This document shows positions 45,366 to 54,350 of a stretch of 64,000 nucleotides of DNA, in pieces. The notes below the pieces were generated by a model. That model had not been told where the DNA came from. It was given only the letters and a program-made list of their open reading frames with translations, and searched no databases. Made by a program: the position numbers and the translations under genes. Every line of letters starts with the position of its first letter. Position 1 is the stretch's first letter. This DNA is from Alphaproteobacteria bacterium (lineage in GTDB: Bacteria; Pseudomonadota; Alphaproteobacteria; MPNO01): the NCBI GenBank assembly GCA_965231875.1, contig CBDDOM010000002.1:4690487-4754486 (forward strand), written 5' to 3'.

Positions 45366-46304
45366 ATGCAGACAGCGAATGCCTACAGGAATGACGACAC
45401 GCCGGATGCGGCCGGCGCCGGCTGCATCGACCCGAAGGCGCTCAAGGACGCCCGCGAGCGCCGGGGCCTGACCCAGTCGCAGCTCGCCGATGAAGTCGGA
45501 TGCGGCAAGGACACCGTGAGCCGGTGGGAACGGGGCCATTCCCACCGGCTGCAACCGCGTCACCGCGAGTCGCTGTGCGCCGCGCTCGGGGTCCGCTGGC
45601 ATGCTCTGGCGGGGTCCGGTTCCGGCGGGCCGAACGACATTTCCCGCGACACCTGGGTCGGATCGGCGGCCGGAGAAGACATCCGGACGGCATTCCGTCT
45701 TGCGGCCGAACGCTACGACATCGGCGTGCACGACGTGATGAAGACCGCGCCGCTGCTTTTCGTCATCGCCGCCGAGCGGAGCCTGATCGAGCGCAGGCGG
45801 CAGCTCGAAGCGGCCCGCGCGGAGGTCGACGGGACCGCGCGGGCGCTGGCGGACAACGCGCCCTGTCTCGGCCGGGCGGTCGAGGAAGCGGTCCGAAAGG
45901 AGGAAAAATCGATCGCCGAAAACGACATTTTCGGACGCCTCGTCCGGTCCGAAGGGGATGAGGAAGACGACGAAGGGCCGTTCGCGCGCTTCCTCCGCGG
46001 CCTCGCGAGCGACCTTCCGGAGAGCGCGACGCGCGGCTTCCTTCCGGCCCCGGAAAACGCTGTCGGGTCCCCCGCGACCGCGGAGGACGCAAGCCGCGAC
46101 ACCGCGGAAGCCTGGGACGGGAATAGCGTTCTGCGGCGGCTTTTTCCGCATTTCCGCGCGGGCCGGATCGCCATTGGGGAGTATCTCAGGGCGAAACGCG
46201 AGCGCGACGAAGCCGGCTTCCGGCAATGGGTGACCGACGCGCTCGCCCGGGCCGAAGAGCAAGCGCGCAACGCCTCGCGCGCCGGCAAGGAATCGGGGGA
46301 GTAG
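45366..46304 (+). CDS. XRE-family helix-turn-helix transcriptional regulator with a long uncharacterised C-terminal domain
   Basis: 312 aa. HTH_3 region (LTQSQLADEVGCGKDTVSRWERG). Strong SD AAGGAG. Divergent from the P450, with about 160 bp between them. Confidence 0.7.
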   Translation: MQTANAYRNDDTPDAAGAGCIDPKALKDARERRGLTQSQLADEVGCGKDTVSRWERGHSHRLQPRHRESLCAALGVRWHALAGSGSGGPNDISRDTWVGSAAGEDIRTAFRLAAERYDIGVHDVMKTAPLLFVIAAERSLIERRRQLEAARAEVDGTARALADNAPCLGRAVEEAVRKEEKSIAENDIFGRLVRSEGDEEDDEGPFARFLRGLASDLPESATRGFLPAPENAVGSPATAEDASRDTAEAWDGNSVLRRLFPHFRAGRIAIGEYLRAKRERDEAGFRQWVTDALARAEEQARNASRAGKESGE

Positions 46305-46340
46305 GGAATCCATACCGGATCCCGGGCCGGATCGCTTCGG

Positions 46341-46445
46341 CCCCCCTCACCCCGACCCTCTCCCCGCCGGGGAGAGGGTGCTCGCTCGCCGGGCGCTCCC
46401 TGCCGTCTCCCCTCCCGCTTGCGGGAGGGGTTGGGGGAGGGCGGG
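46341..46445. repeat. family 2 mosaic repeat (copy 2, inverted relative to 41628..41731)
   Basis: Reverse complement of copy 1 at about 88% identity. It sits between the convergent genes XRE and MBL hydrolase. Confidence 0.6.
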
Positions 46446-46451
46446 CGTCCC

Positions 46452-47354
46452 TCAGGGCAGGCTGTAGCGGGACTCGGCGGTCGGGGGGCCGTCGCACGCT
46501 ATGCGGCCGGTCTCGACCATGTGCTCCAGATGGGCGAGCGTCGACCTTCCGGCGGCCCAGTGCATGCGCTCCGGCAGATGCGCGTACATGCGCCCGACCA
46601 TCGCGGGCAGCGTCGCGAGCCCGTCGTCGAGGCAGCGCAGGATCTGGCTCTCGCGCATCCGCCGGTGGCCGAGATAGGCGCGGACGAACGGCGCGGGCCG
46701 GTCGATCGGCGGGCCGTGGCCGGGGAGGTAGAGCGCGTCCTTGCGGGCCATGCAGATGTCAAGCGAGCGCAGGTAATCGCCCATATTGCCGTCGGGCGGC
46801 GAAACGATGGTGGTGTTCCACCCCATCACATGGTCGCCTGAGAACAATATCCCGCCCTCGGCCAGCGCGAAGCAGTGGTGGTTCGACATGTGGCCCGGCG
46901 TGAACACCGGCGTCAGCGTCCAGCCGGGCCCCGCGATGGCGTCTCCGTCGGCGAGGTGGATGTCGGGCTCGAAGTCGTGGTCGGTGGCCTCCAGCGGGGG
47001 CTCGCCGTCGCCCGGCGGGGCCGGCAGGGCGCCGACGATGGGGGCCCCGACCGCGCGGGCGAAGGCGCGCGCCGCCGGGGAATGGTCGATATGGGTATGG
47101 GTGACGATGACATGGCTGACCGTCTCGCCCGCCACGGCGCGCGTCAGCGCCTCGACATGGTCCGCGTCGTCGGGGCCGGGATCGATCACCGCGACCTCGC
47201 CCTCGCCCTCGCCCACCACGTAGGAGTTGGTGCCGTGGAAGGTGAAGGGGCTCGGGTTGTTGCAGACGACGCGCCGGACGCCGGGCGCCACGGTTTCGGC
47301 CCGCCCGTATTCGAACGCCATCTGTTTGCGGAACGGAATGTCGGCTTGGGCCAT
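46452..47354 (-). CDS. MBL-fold metallo-hydrolase
   Basis: HxHxDH motif THTHIDH plus downstream His/Asp ligands. About 300 aa from the ATG at 47354. The track ORF (390 aa) is over-extended. Confidence 0.8.
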   Translation of the reverse strand: MAQADIPFRKQMAFEYGRAETVAPGVRRVVCNNPSPFTFHGTNSYVVGEGEGEVAVIDPGPDDADHVEALTRAVAGETVSHVIVTHTHIDHSPAARAFARAVGAPIVGALPAPPGDGEPPLEATDHDFEPDIHLADGDAIAGPGWTLTPVFTPGHMSNHHCFALAEGGILFSGDHVMGWNTTIVSPPDGNMGDYLRSLDICMARKDALYLPGHGPPIDRPAPFVRAYLGHRRMRESQILRCLDDGLATLPAMVGRMYAHLPERMHWAAGRSTLAHLEHMVETGRIACDGPPTAESRYSLP

Positions 47355-47374
47355 CGGGGGCTTCCGGGGAATGT

Positions 47375-48481
47375 CTACTGGATGACGATGCTGGGCGCGG
47401 GCTTCACCGCCCCGCCGGAAACCTTCGCCCAGACCGCGTCGGCGATCGCCCGGTAGGCGTCGGCGTGCATGCCCTGGGGGTCGGTGGCGACGATCGGCCG
47501 GCCGGCGTCGGCGCCCTCGCGGATCGCCATGTCGAGCGGCAGCTCGCCGAGGAAGTCGACCTCCATCGCTTCGGCCGCGCGCCGCGCGCCGCCATGGGTG
47601 AAGACGTCCGACCGACCGCCGCAATGGGGGCAGATGAAATAGCTCATGTTCTCGATCACGCCGAGCACCGGTATGTCGACCTTGCGGAACATGTTGAGCC
47701 CCTTGCGCGCGTCGATCAGGGCCAGGTCCTGCGGCGTCGACACGATCACCGCGCCGGCCAGCGGCACGCGCTGCGCCATGGTGAGCTGCACGTCGCCGGT
47801 GCCGGGCGGCATGTCGACGACGAGAATGTCGAGCTCGCCCCAGGCGACGTCGCGCATCAGCTGCTCCAACGCGCCCATCACCATCGGGCCGCGCCAGATG
47901 GTCGGCGAATCGGCCGGGATCAGGAAGCCGATCGACATCGCCTTCAGCCCCCAGGCGAGCATGGGGTCGAGCACCTTGCCGTCGGGCGAGGTCGGGCGGT
48001 CGGTAATGCCGAGCATCAGCGGCAGGGACGGCCCGTAGATGTCGGCATCGAGAATGCCGACCGAATGCCCGGCGGCGGACAGCGAAAGCGCGAGATTGAC
48101 CGCGGTGGTCGACTTGCCCACCCCGCCCTTGCCGGAGGCGACGGCGACGATCCGCTTCACGCTCGGCATGAGCGGCTGCTGGGGCGCCTGCCGCTCGGCG
48201 GGACGCGGGGCCTCGGGCGGCGGCGCCTGTTCGCTGTGCGCGGTGAGCACGGCGGTCACCGACAGGACGCCCGGCACGGCGGCGACGGCGCGTTCGGCCT
48301 CCTTCCTGAGCGGCTCCAGGGCGGGCCCGCGCTCGGGCGCCACCTCGATCGAGAAGCCGACATTGCCCTGCTTGAGAACCAGGCCCGAGATCATCCCGAG
48401 CGACACGATATCCTCGCCCCGGCCGGGGTCGCGGACCGATTTCAGCGCCTCGAGGATGGCGGTCTCGTTCAACTGCGGCAT
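47375..48481 (-). CDS. apbC: iron-sulfur cluster carrier ATPase ApbC/Mrp
   Basis: 368 aa. N-terminal DUF59-like region, deviant Walker A SGKGGVGKST, and a CPHC motif. Confidence 0.9.
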   Translation of the reverse strand: MPQLNETAILEALKSVRDPGRGEDIVSLGMISGLVLKQGNVGFSIEVAPERGPALEPLRKEAERAVAAVPGVLSVTAVLTAHSEQAPPPEAPRPAERQAPQQPLMPSVKRIVAVASGKGGVGKSTTAVNLALSLSAAGHSVGILDADIYGPSLPLMLGITDRPTSPDGKVLDPMLAWGLKAMSIGFLIPADSPTIWRGPMVMGALEQLMRDVAWGELDILVVDMPPGTGDVQLTMAQRVPLAGAVIVSTPQDLALIDARKGLNMFRKVDIPVLGVIENMSYFICPHCGGRSDVFTHGGARRAAEAMEVDFLGELPLDMAIREGADAGRPIVATDPQGMHADAYRAIADAVWAKVSGGAVKPAPSIVIQ

Positions 48482-48642
48482 TGTCTATTGTCCGATTTGC
48501 AACATATATGCGGGAGTCCGGTCGCGGCGGCTGCGCGGACGCGCCGCCTGCCCTATCATAGCGGGAGCGGGCGTCCGGGACATCCTGTAGGGTGCGGGGC
48601 GCCCGGAGCCGTGTCCGGCGCGCAACAAGACGGTGATCCGAT

Positions 48643-49800
48643 ATGCCATGGAAACAGCAGGGTGGTGGGGGCGGCAGCCCCTTCGGCGGAGGTCAGGGCC
48701 CGTGGGGCCGTCCCGGCGGCGGCGGAGGCGGCGGGGGCGGAGGACGCGGGCCGGGCGGTCCGCCGCCCGACTTCGAGGACATGCTGCGGCGCGGCCAGGA
48801 CCGGTTCCGGCGCCTGGTGCCGGGCGGCCTGCGCGGCGGGCGCGGCCTGATCCTGCTGGTCGTGGGCGCGATCGCCCTGTGGCTGCTGAGCGGGTTCTAC
48901 CGGGTGCAGCCGGACGAGCAGGGCGTGGTCCTGCGCTTCGGCGAATGGACCCGGACCACCCCGCCGGGGCTGAACTACCACCTGCCGGGGCCGATCGAAT
49001 CGGTACTGACGCCCAAGGTCACGAGGGTCAACCGGATCGAGGTCGGCTTGCGCAGCGTCGGAGAAACCACCCGCGGCGTGCCGGTGCGCGACATCCAGGA
49101 AGAGAGCCTGATGCTGACCGGCGACGAGAACATCGTCGACATCGACTTCACCGTGTTCTGGGTGATCAAGGAGGCCGGCAAGTTCCTGTTCAACATCCGT
49201 AACCCGGAAGCGACGGTGAAGCTGACCGCCGAGAGCGCGATGCGCGAGGTGATCGGCCAGACGCCGATCCAGTCGGCCCTCACCGAAGGCCGGAACGAGA
49301 TCGAACAAGGCACCCGGACCCGGGTGCAGGAGCTGCTCGACAGCTACGGCGCGGGCATCGAGGTGCGCCGCGTGCAGCTCCTCAAGGTCGACCCGCCGGG
49401 CCCGGTCATCGACGCCTTCGTCGACGTCCAGCGCGCGCGCGCCGATCTGGAGCGGCTCAGGAACGAGGCCGAGGCTTACCGCAACGACATCCTGCCGAGG
49501 GCGCGCGGCGAGGCTGAGAAGATGATCCAGGACGCCAGCGCCTATCGCGAGGAGATCACCAACCGGGCGAAGGGCGAGGCCGAGCGCTTCATCAAGGTTC
49601 TGGAGTCGTATCAGGCATCCAAGGCGGTGACGACGCAGCGGATCTATCTGGAGACGATCGAGGAGGTGTTCCGCGGCATGAACAAGATCATCATCGACTC
49701 CTCGGCCCAGGGCGGTCCGGGGGTGGTGCCCTATCTGCCGCTGCCCGAGATCCAGAGACGCTCGCAACAGCAATCCACCCAGGAGGAGGCGACGCAATGA
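48643..49800 (+). CDS. hflK: FtsH protease modulator HflK
   Basis: 385 aa. SPFH/band-7 domain with a Gly-rich N-terminal tail before the transmembrane segment. Confidence 0.9.
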   Translation: MPWKQQGGGGGSPFGGGQGPWGRPGGGGGGGGGGRGPGGPPPDFEDMLRRGQDRFRRLVPGGLRGGRGLILLVVGAIALWLLSGFYRVQPDEQGVVLRFGEWTRTTPPGLNYHLPGPIESVLTPKVTRVNRIEVGLRSVGETTRGVPVRDIQEESLMLTGDENIVDIDFTVFWVIKEAGKFLFNIRNPEATVKLTAESAMREVIGQTPIQSALTEGRNEIEQGTRTRVQELLDSYGAGIEVRRVQLLKVDPPGPVIDAFVDVQRARADLERLRNEAEAYRNDILPRARGEAEKMIQDASAYREEITNRAKGEAERFIKVLESYQASKAVTTQRIYLETIEEVFRGMNKIIIDSSAQGGPGVVPYLPLPEIQRRSQQQSTQEEATQ

Positions 49801-50681
49801 ACCGCACCCGCCTTACGATCCTCGGGATCGCGATCATCGTGCTCGGCATCGTCCTGTTCAGCTCGCTGTTCACCGTCCACCAGACCCGCCAGGTGCTGGT
49901 GCTCCAGTTCGGCGAGCCGAAGCGCGTGATCCAGGACCCCGGACTGCAGTTCAAATGGCCGTTCATCCAGAACATCGTCGAGTACGAACGCCGGGTTCTC
50001 GAATTCGACCCGCCGGCCGAACAGGTGATCCTGTCGGACCAGAAGCGGCTGGTGGCGGACGCCTATGTCCGCTACCGGATCGCCGACCCGCTCAAGTTCT
50101 TCCAGACCGTCCTGTCAGAGTCGGTGGCGCGGTCGCGGCTCTCGTCGGTGGTCAATTCGAGCCTGAGGCGGGCGCTCGGCAACGTGACGCTGCTGGCGGT
50201 GCTTTCGGACGAGCGCGAGCAGATCATGTCCAATATCCAGAACGACGTGAATGTCGCCGCCCAGCGGCTCGGGCTGGAGATCGTCGACGTCAGGCTCAGG
50301 CGCGCCGACCTGCCGCCGGAAGCGGCTCAGGCGATCTACGCCCGGATGCGCTCCGAACGCGAGCGCGAGGCCCGCGAGGCCCGCGCGCAGGGCTTCGAGA
50401 AGGCACAGCAGATCCGCGCCGCCGCCGACCGCGAACGCACGGTGCTGATCGCCGAGGCGCAACGCACCTCGGAGATCACCCGCGGCGAAGGCGACCAGGA
50501 AGCGACGCTGATCTGGGCCGACGGGTTCGGCCGGGACCCCGAATTCTTCCGGTTCTACCGGTCGATGCAGGCCTACCGCGAGGCGCTCAAGGCCGACGAC
50601 ACGACGATGATCCTGTCGCCGGACAGCGATTTCTTCCGGTTCTTCGGCAATATCAGCGAGCGCAGGGATCTGGAAGAATAG
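49797..50681 (+). CDS. hflC: FtsH protease modulator HflC
   Basis: 294 aa. SPFH domain, and an ATGA overlap with hflK. Confidence 0.9.
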   Translation: MNRTRLTILGIAIIVLGIVLFSSLFTVHQTRQVLVLQFGEPKRVIQDPGLQFKWPFIQNIVEYERRVLEFDPPAEQVILSDQKRLVADAYVRYRIADPLKFFQTVLSESVARSRLSSVVNSSLRRALGNVTLLAVLSDEREQIMSNIQNDVNVAAQRLGLEIVDVRLRRADLPPEAAQAIYARMRSEREREAREARAQGFEKAQQIRAAADRERTVLIAEAQRTSEITRGEGDQEATLIWADGFGRDPEFFRFYRSMQAYREALKADDTTMILSPDSDFFRFFGNISERRDLEE

Positions 50682-50688
50682 GCGGGCG

Positions 50689-50880
50689 ATGCTGGGCGCC
50701 GACCTGCTGGCCGCGATCGCGGTGGCGCTGGCGATCGAGGGCGCGCTCTACGCCCTGTTTCCCGACGCGATGAAGCGGTTCATCCTGCGCGTCGCGGACC
50801 AACCGGCGAACGCGTTGCGCACCGCAGGTCTGGTCGCGACGGTTGTCGGCGTCGGGCTCGCTTGGCTGGTGCGGGGCTGA
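50689..50880 (+). CDS. small membrane protein, DUF2065-like
   Basis: 63 aa with two hydrophobic helices, located immediately downstream of hflC as in many alphaproteobacteria. Confidence 0.5.
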   Translation: MLGADLLAAIAVALAIEGALYALFPDAMKRFILRVADQPANALRTAGLVATVVGVGLAWLVRG

Positions 50881-50899
50881 GGTCCCGCCGGGCGACCGA

Positions 50900-52408
50900 A
50901 TGAGGAGACATTCCGTGACCGCGAACGACAACGCACACCGGCGCCGGGAAGGGCGCAGGACGGTGCGGCGCATCCTTCCGCTCACCCTCGTTTTGATTCT
51001 CGCGGGGACGCCGCCGGCGCTCGCCAAGGCGCCGCCGGCGAGCTTCGCCGACCTTGCCGCGAGGCTGCTTCCCTCGGTCGTCAACATCTCCACCACCCAG
51101 ACGGCGCGGCCGGACAGCGGTCCCCGCCCGGAAATGCCCCGCCTGCCGCCCGGGTCGCCTTTCGAGCGTTTCTTCCGCGACTTCTTCGACCGCCAGCAGC
51201 AGAACCCCATGCCGCGGCAGGGGGTGACCTCGCTGGGCTCCGGTTTCGTCATCGACGCTTCGGGGGTGATCGTCACCAACAACCACGTCATCGCGGAGGC
51301 GGACAAGATCGCCGTCATCCTGTCCGACAAGACCCGGCTGGAAGCGAAGGTGATCGGGCGCGACGCGAAGACCGATATCGCGCTGCTTCGGATCGATCCC
51401 GGAGACAAGAAGCTGAAGGCGCTCAAGCTGGGCGATTCGGACGGCACGCGGGTGGGGGACTGGGTGCTCGCGATCGGCAACCCGTTCGGGCTCGGCGGCA
51501 CGGTCACCGCGGGCATCGTGTCGGCCCGCCAGCGCGACATCAATGCCGGCCCCTATGACGACTTCATCCAGACCGACGCGTCGATCAACCGCGGGAATTC
51601 GGGCGGTCCGATGTTCAACCTCGCGGGCGAGGTCATCGGCATCAACACCGCGATCTTCTCGCCGACCGGCGGCAGCGTGGGAATCGGCTTCGCGATCCCG
51701 TCGAACCTCGCCGGGCCGATCGTCGACCAATTGCTGAAATACGGCCGCGCGCGGCGCGGCTATCTGGGCGTGCGGATCCAGACCGTCACCGACGAAATCG
51801 CGCAAGGCCTCGACCTGCCCTCCGCGTCGGGCGCCCTGGTGACGAGCCTCTCCGACGGCGGTCCCGCGGCCAGGGCGAAGATCGAGGTGGGCGACGTCAT
51901 CCTGACCTTCGACGGCAAGCCGATCTCCGAGATGCGGAGCCTGCCCCGGATCGTCGCCGAGACCGCGGTCGGGCGCGAGGTCGACGTCGTCGTCTGGCGA
52001 AAGGGCAGCAAGGAGTCCCTGAAGGTCACGCTCGGCGAGTTTCCCGAGGATGAGCCGAAATTCGCTTCTCGGACCCCGACCCAGCAGCCCAAAGACGCGA
52101 CGGTCGAGTCGCTGGGGCTCGCCCTCGCCGCCATCACGCCGGATCTCCGCAAGCGTTTCAACCTGGCGGACGACGCGGAAGGCGTCGTCGTCACGAACGT
52201 CAAGCCGGACAGCCCGGCGGCGGAGAAGCAGATCCGCCCGGGCGACATCATCCGCAAGATCGGGCCCGGGCAATCGGACATCACCGAGCCCTCCCAGGTG
52301 GGAGAGGCCGTGGAGAGCGCCAGGAAGGCGAAACGGGAAACGCTGCTGGTCCTTGTCGAGCGGGAGCGCGGCCAGCACTTCATCGCGCTCAAACTCGCCA
52401 AGGGCTGA
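50900..52408 (+). CDS. degP: periplasmic serine endoprotease DegP/DegQ (HtrA family)
   Basis: Catalytic triad context (TNNHV, DIALL, GNSGGP), two PDZ domains and a signal peptide. The start is taken at the ATG at 50900. Confidence 0.88.
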   Translation: MRRHSVTANDNAHRRREGRRTVRRILPLTLVLILAGTPPALAKAPPASFADLAARLLPSVVNISTTQTARPDSGPRPEMPRLPPGSPFERFFRDFFDRQQQNPMPRQGVTSLGSGFVIDASGVIVTNNHVIAEADKIAVILSDKTRLEAKVIGRDAKTDIALLRIDPGDKKLKALKLGDSDGTRVGDWVLAIGNPFGLGGTVTAGIVSARQRDINAGPYDDFIQTDASINRGNSGGPMFNLAGEVIGINTAIFSPTGGSVGIGFAIPSNLAGPIVDQLLKYGRARRGYLGVRIQTVTDEIAQGLDLPSASGALVTSLSDGGPAARAKIEVGDVILTFDGKPISEMRSLPRIVAETAVGREVDVVVWRKGSKESLKVTLGEFPEDEPKFASRTPTQQPKDATVESLGLALAAITPDLRKRFNLADDAEGVVVTNVKPDSPAAEKQIRPGDIIRKIGPGQSDITEPSQVGEAVESARKAKRETLLVLVERERGQHFIALKLAKG

Positions 52409-52536
52409 GCGTCGCGGAAGCGCGGCCGCTGCGCATCCCACGAGGCCGCGCCGGATCGCGGGCGGCGTCAAGATTGACCGGAAGCGGGGCGGTTTGCCAT
52501 ACAGGCGCCTGACCCGCGCGCCGGCAACGCGGAAGG

Positions 52537-52827
52537 ATGGGGATGCATCCGCTGATCGAGAAACGCCGTGCCGAGATTCTGGCGCTCGCCGAACGGCACG
52601 GCGTCCGCGACGTGCGGGTGTTCGGTTCCATGGCCCGGGGCGACGCCAACGCGGCGAGCGATATCGATCTGCTGGTTTCGCTGCCGCCCGGCAAGACGGG
52701 ACTGGCGCTCGGCGCTCTCCTGGCGGATGTGGAACACCTGCTTGGCCGCCGGGTCGACATCGTGACGGAGGGCGCCCTCCACCCCGGCATCCGGGACCGC
52801 GTATTGAAGGAGGCGCGGCCGCTGTGA
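52537..52827 (+). CDS. MNT-type nucleotidyltransferase (type VII antitoxin MntA-like)
   Basis: 96 aa. GSxxRG...DxD minimal NTase motif (FGSMARGD...DIDLLV). Confidence 0.8.
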   Translation: MGMHPLIEKRRAEILALAERHGVRDVRVFGSMARGDANAASDIDLLVSLPPGKTGLALGALLADVEHLLGRRVDIVTEGALHPGIRDRVLKEARPL

Positions 52828-53189
52828 CGCCGGACGCCAAGTCCGATCGGCTCCTTTTGGAGCACATCCGGCAGTGTATCGGGCGAATCCGGGAATACAC
52901 CGGGGAACGGCGGGCGACCTTCCACGGTTCGCAACTGGTGCAGGATGCAGTCATACGGAACCTGCAAACGCTCGCGGAGTCGACGCAACGGCTGAGCGGG
53001 GCCGTCAAGGCGACCGAGCCGGGCGTCCCTTGGCGCGCGATCTCCGGTTTCCGCAACGTTCTGACTCACAACTATCTCGGGATCGATCCGGCGGTCGTCT
53101 GGAGCGTGGTCGAGAAAGACCTGCCGCCCCTGGAGGCCGCGATCGGGCGGATGCTACGGACGATCGACGCTCCCGAAGACCGTTCCTGA
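52824..53189 (+). CDS. HepT-like (DUF86) RNase toxin
   Basis: 121 aa. The GTG start overlaps the MNT stop (GTGA). Rx4HxY motif FRNVLTHNY near the C-terminus. Confidence 0.75.
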   Translation: MTPDAKSDRLLLEHIRQCIGRIREYTGERRATFHGSQLVQDAVIRNLQTLAESTQRLSGAVKATEPGVPWRAISGFRNVLTHNYLGIDPAVVWSVVEKDLPPLEAAIGRMLRTIDAPEDRS

Positions 53190-53291
53190 GCGGATGACGG
53201 AATCGAGGTTCGACCGGGGTACAGGTGTTTCGACCGGGAAAGACCCGCCGGGCCGCGCCACCGCGCCACCGCGCCGACCGCCTCCACCGCC

Positions 53292-54242
53292 ATGGCCGCC
53301 GCGGCGCCGCTGATCGTCATCGGGGGGCCGACCGCGAGCGGGAAATCGGCCCTGGCGGCGGCGCTGGCCGAGCGCGCCGGCGGCGTCGTGATCAATGCCG
53401 ATTCGATGCAGACCTACCGCGCGCTCTCGATCCTCACCGCGCGGCCCGACGCCGAGACGCTCGCGCGGGCGCCGCATGTCCTGTTCGGTGTCGCCGAGCC
53501 CGACGACATCTGGTCGGCGGGCCGCTGGCGCCGGCGCGCGGCGGACGAGATCGAGGCCGCCCATGGAAGGGGATCGCTGCCGATCGCGGTTGGCGGAACG
53601 GGGCTTTACCTCCAGGCGCTGACCGACGGCATCGCCGAGGTGCCGTCAATCGACCCGGCGATCCGCGCCCGCCTGCGCGGCCTGCTCGCCGAACGCGGCG
53701 GCATGGCGATGCACCGCATGCTTTCCGAACGCGACCCGGAAGGCGCTGCGGCGATCCGGCCGAGCGATCCGCAGCGCATCCTGCGCGCGCTCGAAGTGGT
53801 CGAGACGACGGGCGTGCCGCTCCACGCCTGGCACGCGCGCCAGACTTCGCCGCCGGAGGAAAGCTGGGCGGCGCTGCGGATTCTGCTGATGCCGGACCGC
53901 GATACCGTCTACACCGCCTGCGACGCCCGGTTCGACGGGATGATGGCGAACGGCGCGCTGGAGGAGGCGCGGGAGGTGGGGTCGATGGGGCTCGATCCCG
54001 GATTGCCGATGATGAAGGCCGTCGGCCTCGTCCCCCTGCTCGCCCATTGCCGGGGAGAGCTCGACCTGGATGACGCCGTCGCCGCGGCCAAGCGCGACAC
54101 ACGGCGCTACGCGCGCCGCCAGATGACCTGGTTTCGTAACCGGATGCAGCCGGACCGCGTTATCGAAGCGCAATATTCGGAAAGTATGTTCGCCGAAATC
54201 TTTTCATTTGTTAGCGATTTTCGGTTGACCCTGTCCGAATGA
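53292..54242 (+). CDS. miaA: tRNA dimethylallyltransferase MiaA
   Basis: 316 aa. P-loop GPTASGKS, and IPT-family motifs throughout. Confidence 0.9.
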   Translation: MAAAAPLIVIGGPTASGKSALAAALAERAGGVVINADSMQTYRALSILTARPDAETLARAPHVLFGVAEPDDIWSAGRWRRRAADEIEAAHGRGSLPIAVGGTGLYLQALTDGIAEVPSIDPAIRARLRGLLAERGGMAMHRMLSERDPEGAAAIRPSDPQRILRALEVVETTGVPLHAWHARQTSPPEESWAALRILLMPDRDTVYTACDARFDGMMANGALEEAREVGSMGLDPGLPMMKAVGLVPLLAHCRGELDLDDAVAAAKRDTRRYARRQMTWFRNRMQPDRVIEAQYSESMFAEIFSFVSDFRLTLSE

Positions 54243-54322
54243 CTCATTAGTTTTGCGCACCCTCATCGAGGGACCGACGCCCTGCCCGGCGGCTGTTTCC
54301 GGGCTCGGGCGGCAAGCATTCC

Positions 54323-54350
54323 GCCGGCCTCGACAGGCCGGTTTCGTTTT
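54323..54350 (+). terminator. stem-loop plus T-tract (miaA terminator or ilvB leader structure)
   Basis: GCCGGCC-TCGACA-GGCCGGT followed by TTCGTTTT, between miaA and ilvB. Confidence 0.4.

Noticed and set aside
44925-46313. 462-aa minus-strand ORF
   Set aside because: It is antisense to the XRE regulator and overlaps the P450 5' end, and it is Arg/Ala-rich junk.
39170-46450. A possible genomic island, prophage or integrative element
   Set aside because: No integrase, transposase, tRNA/tmRNA attachment site or phage gene was seen. The region is better described as a repeat-punctuated accessory stretch.
50780-53056. 758-aa minus-strand ORF
   Set aside because: It is antisense to degP and the MNT/HepT genes, all of which are well supported.
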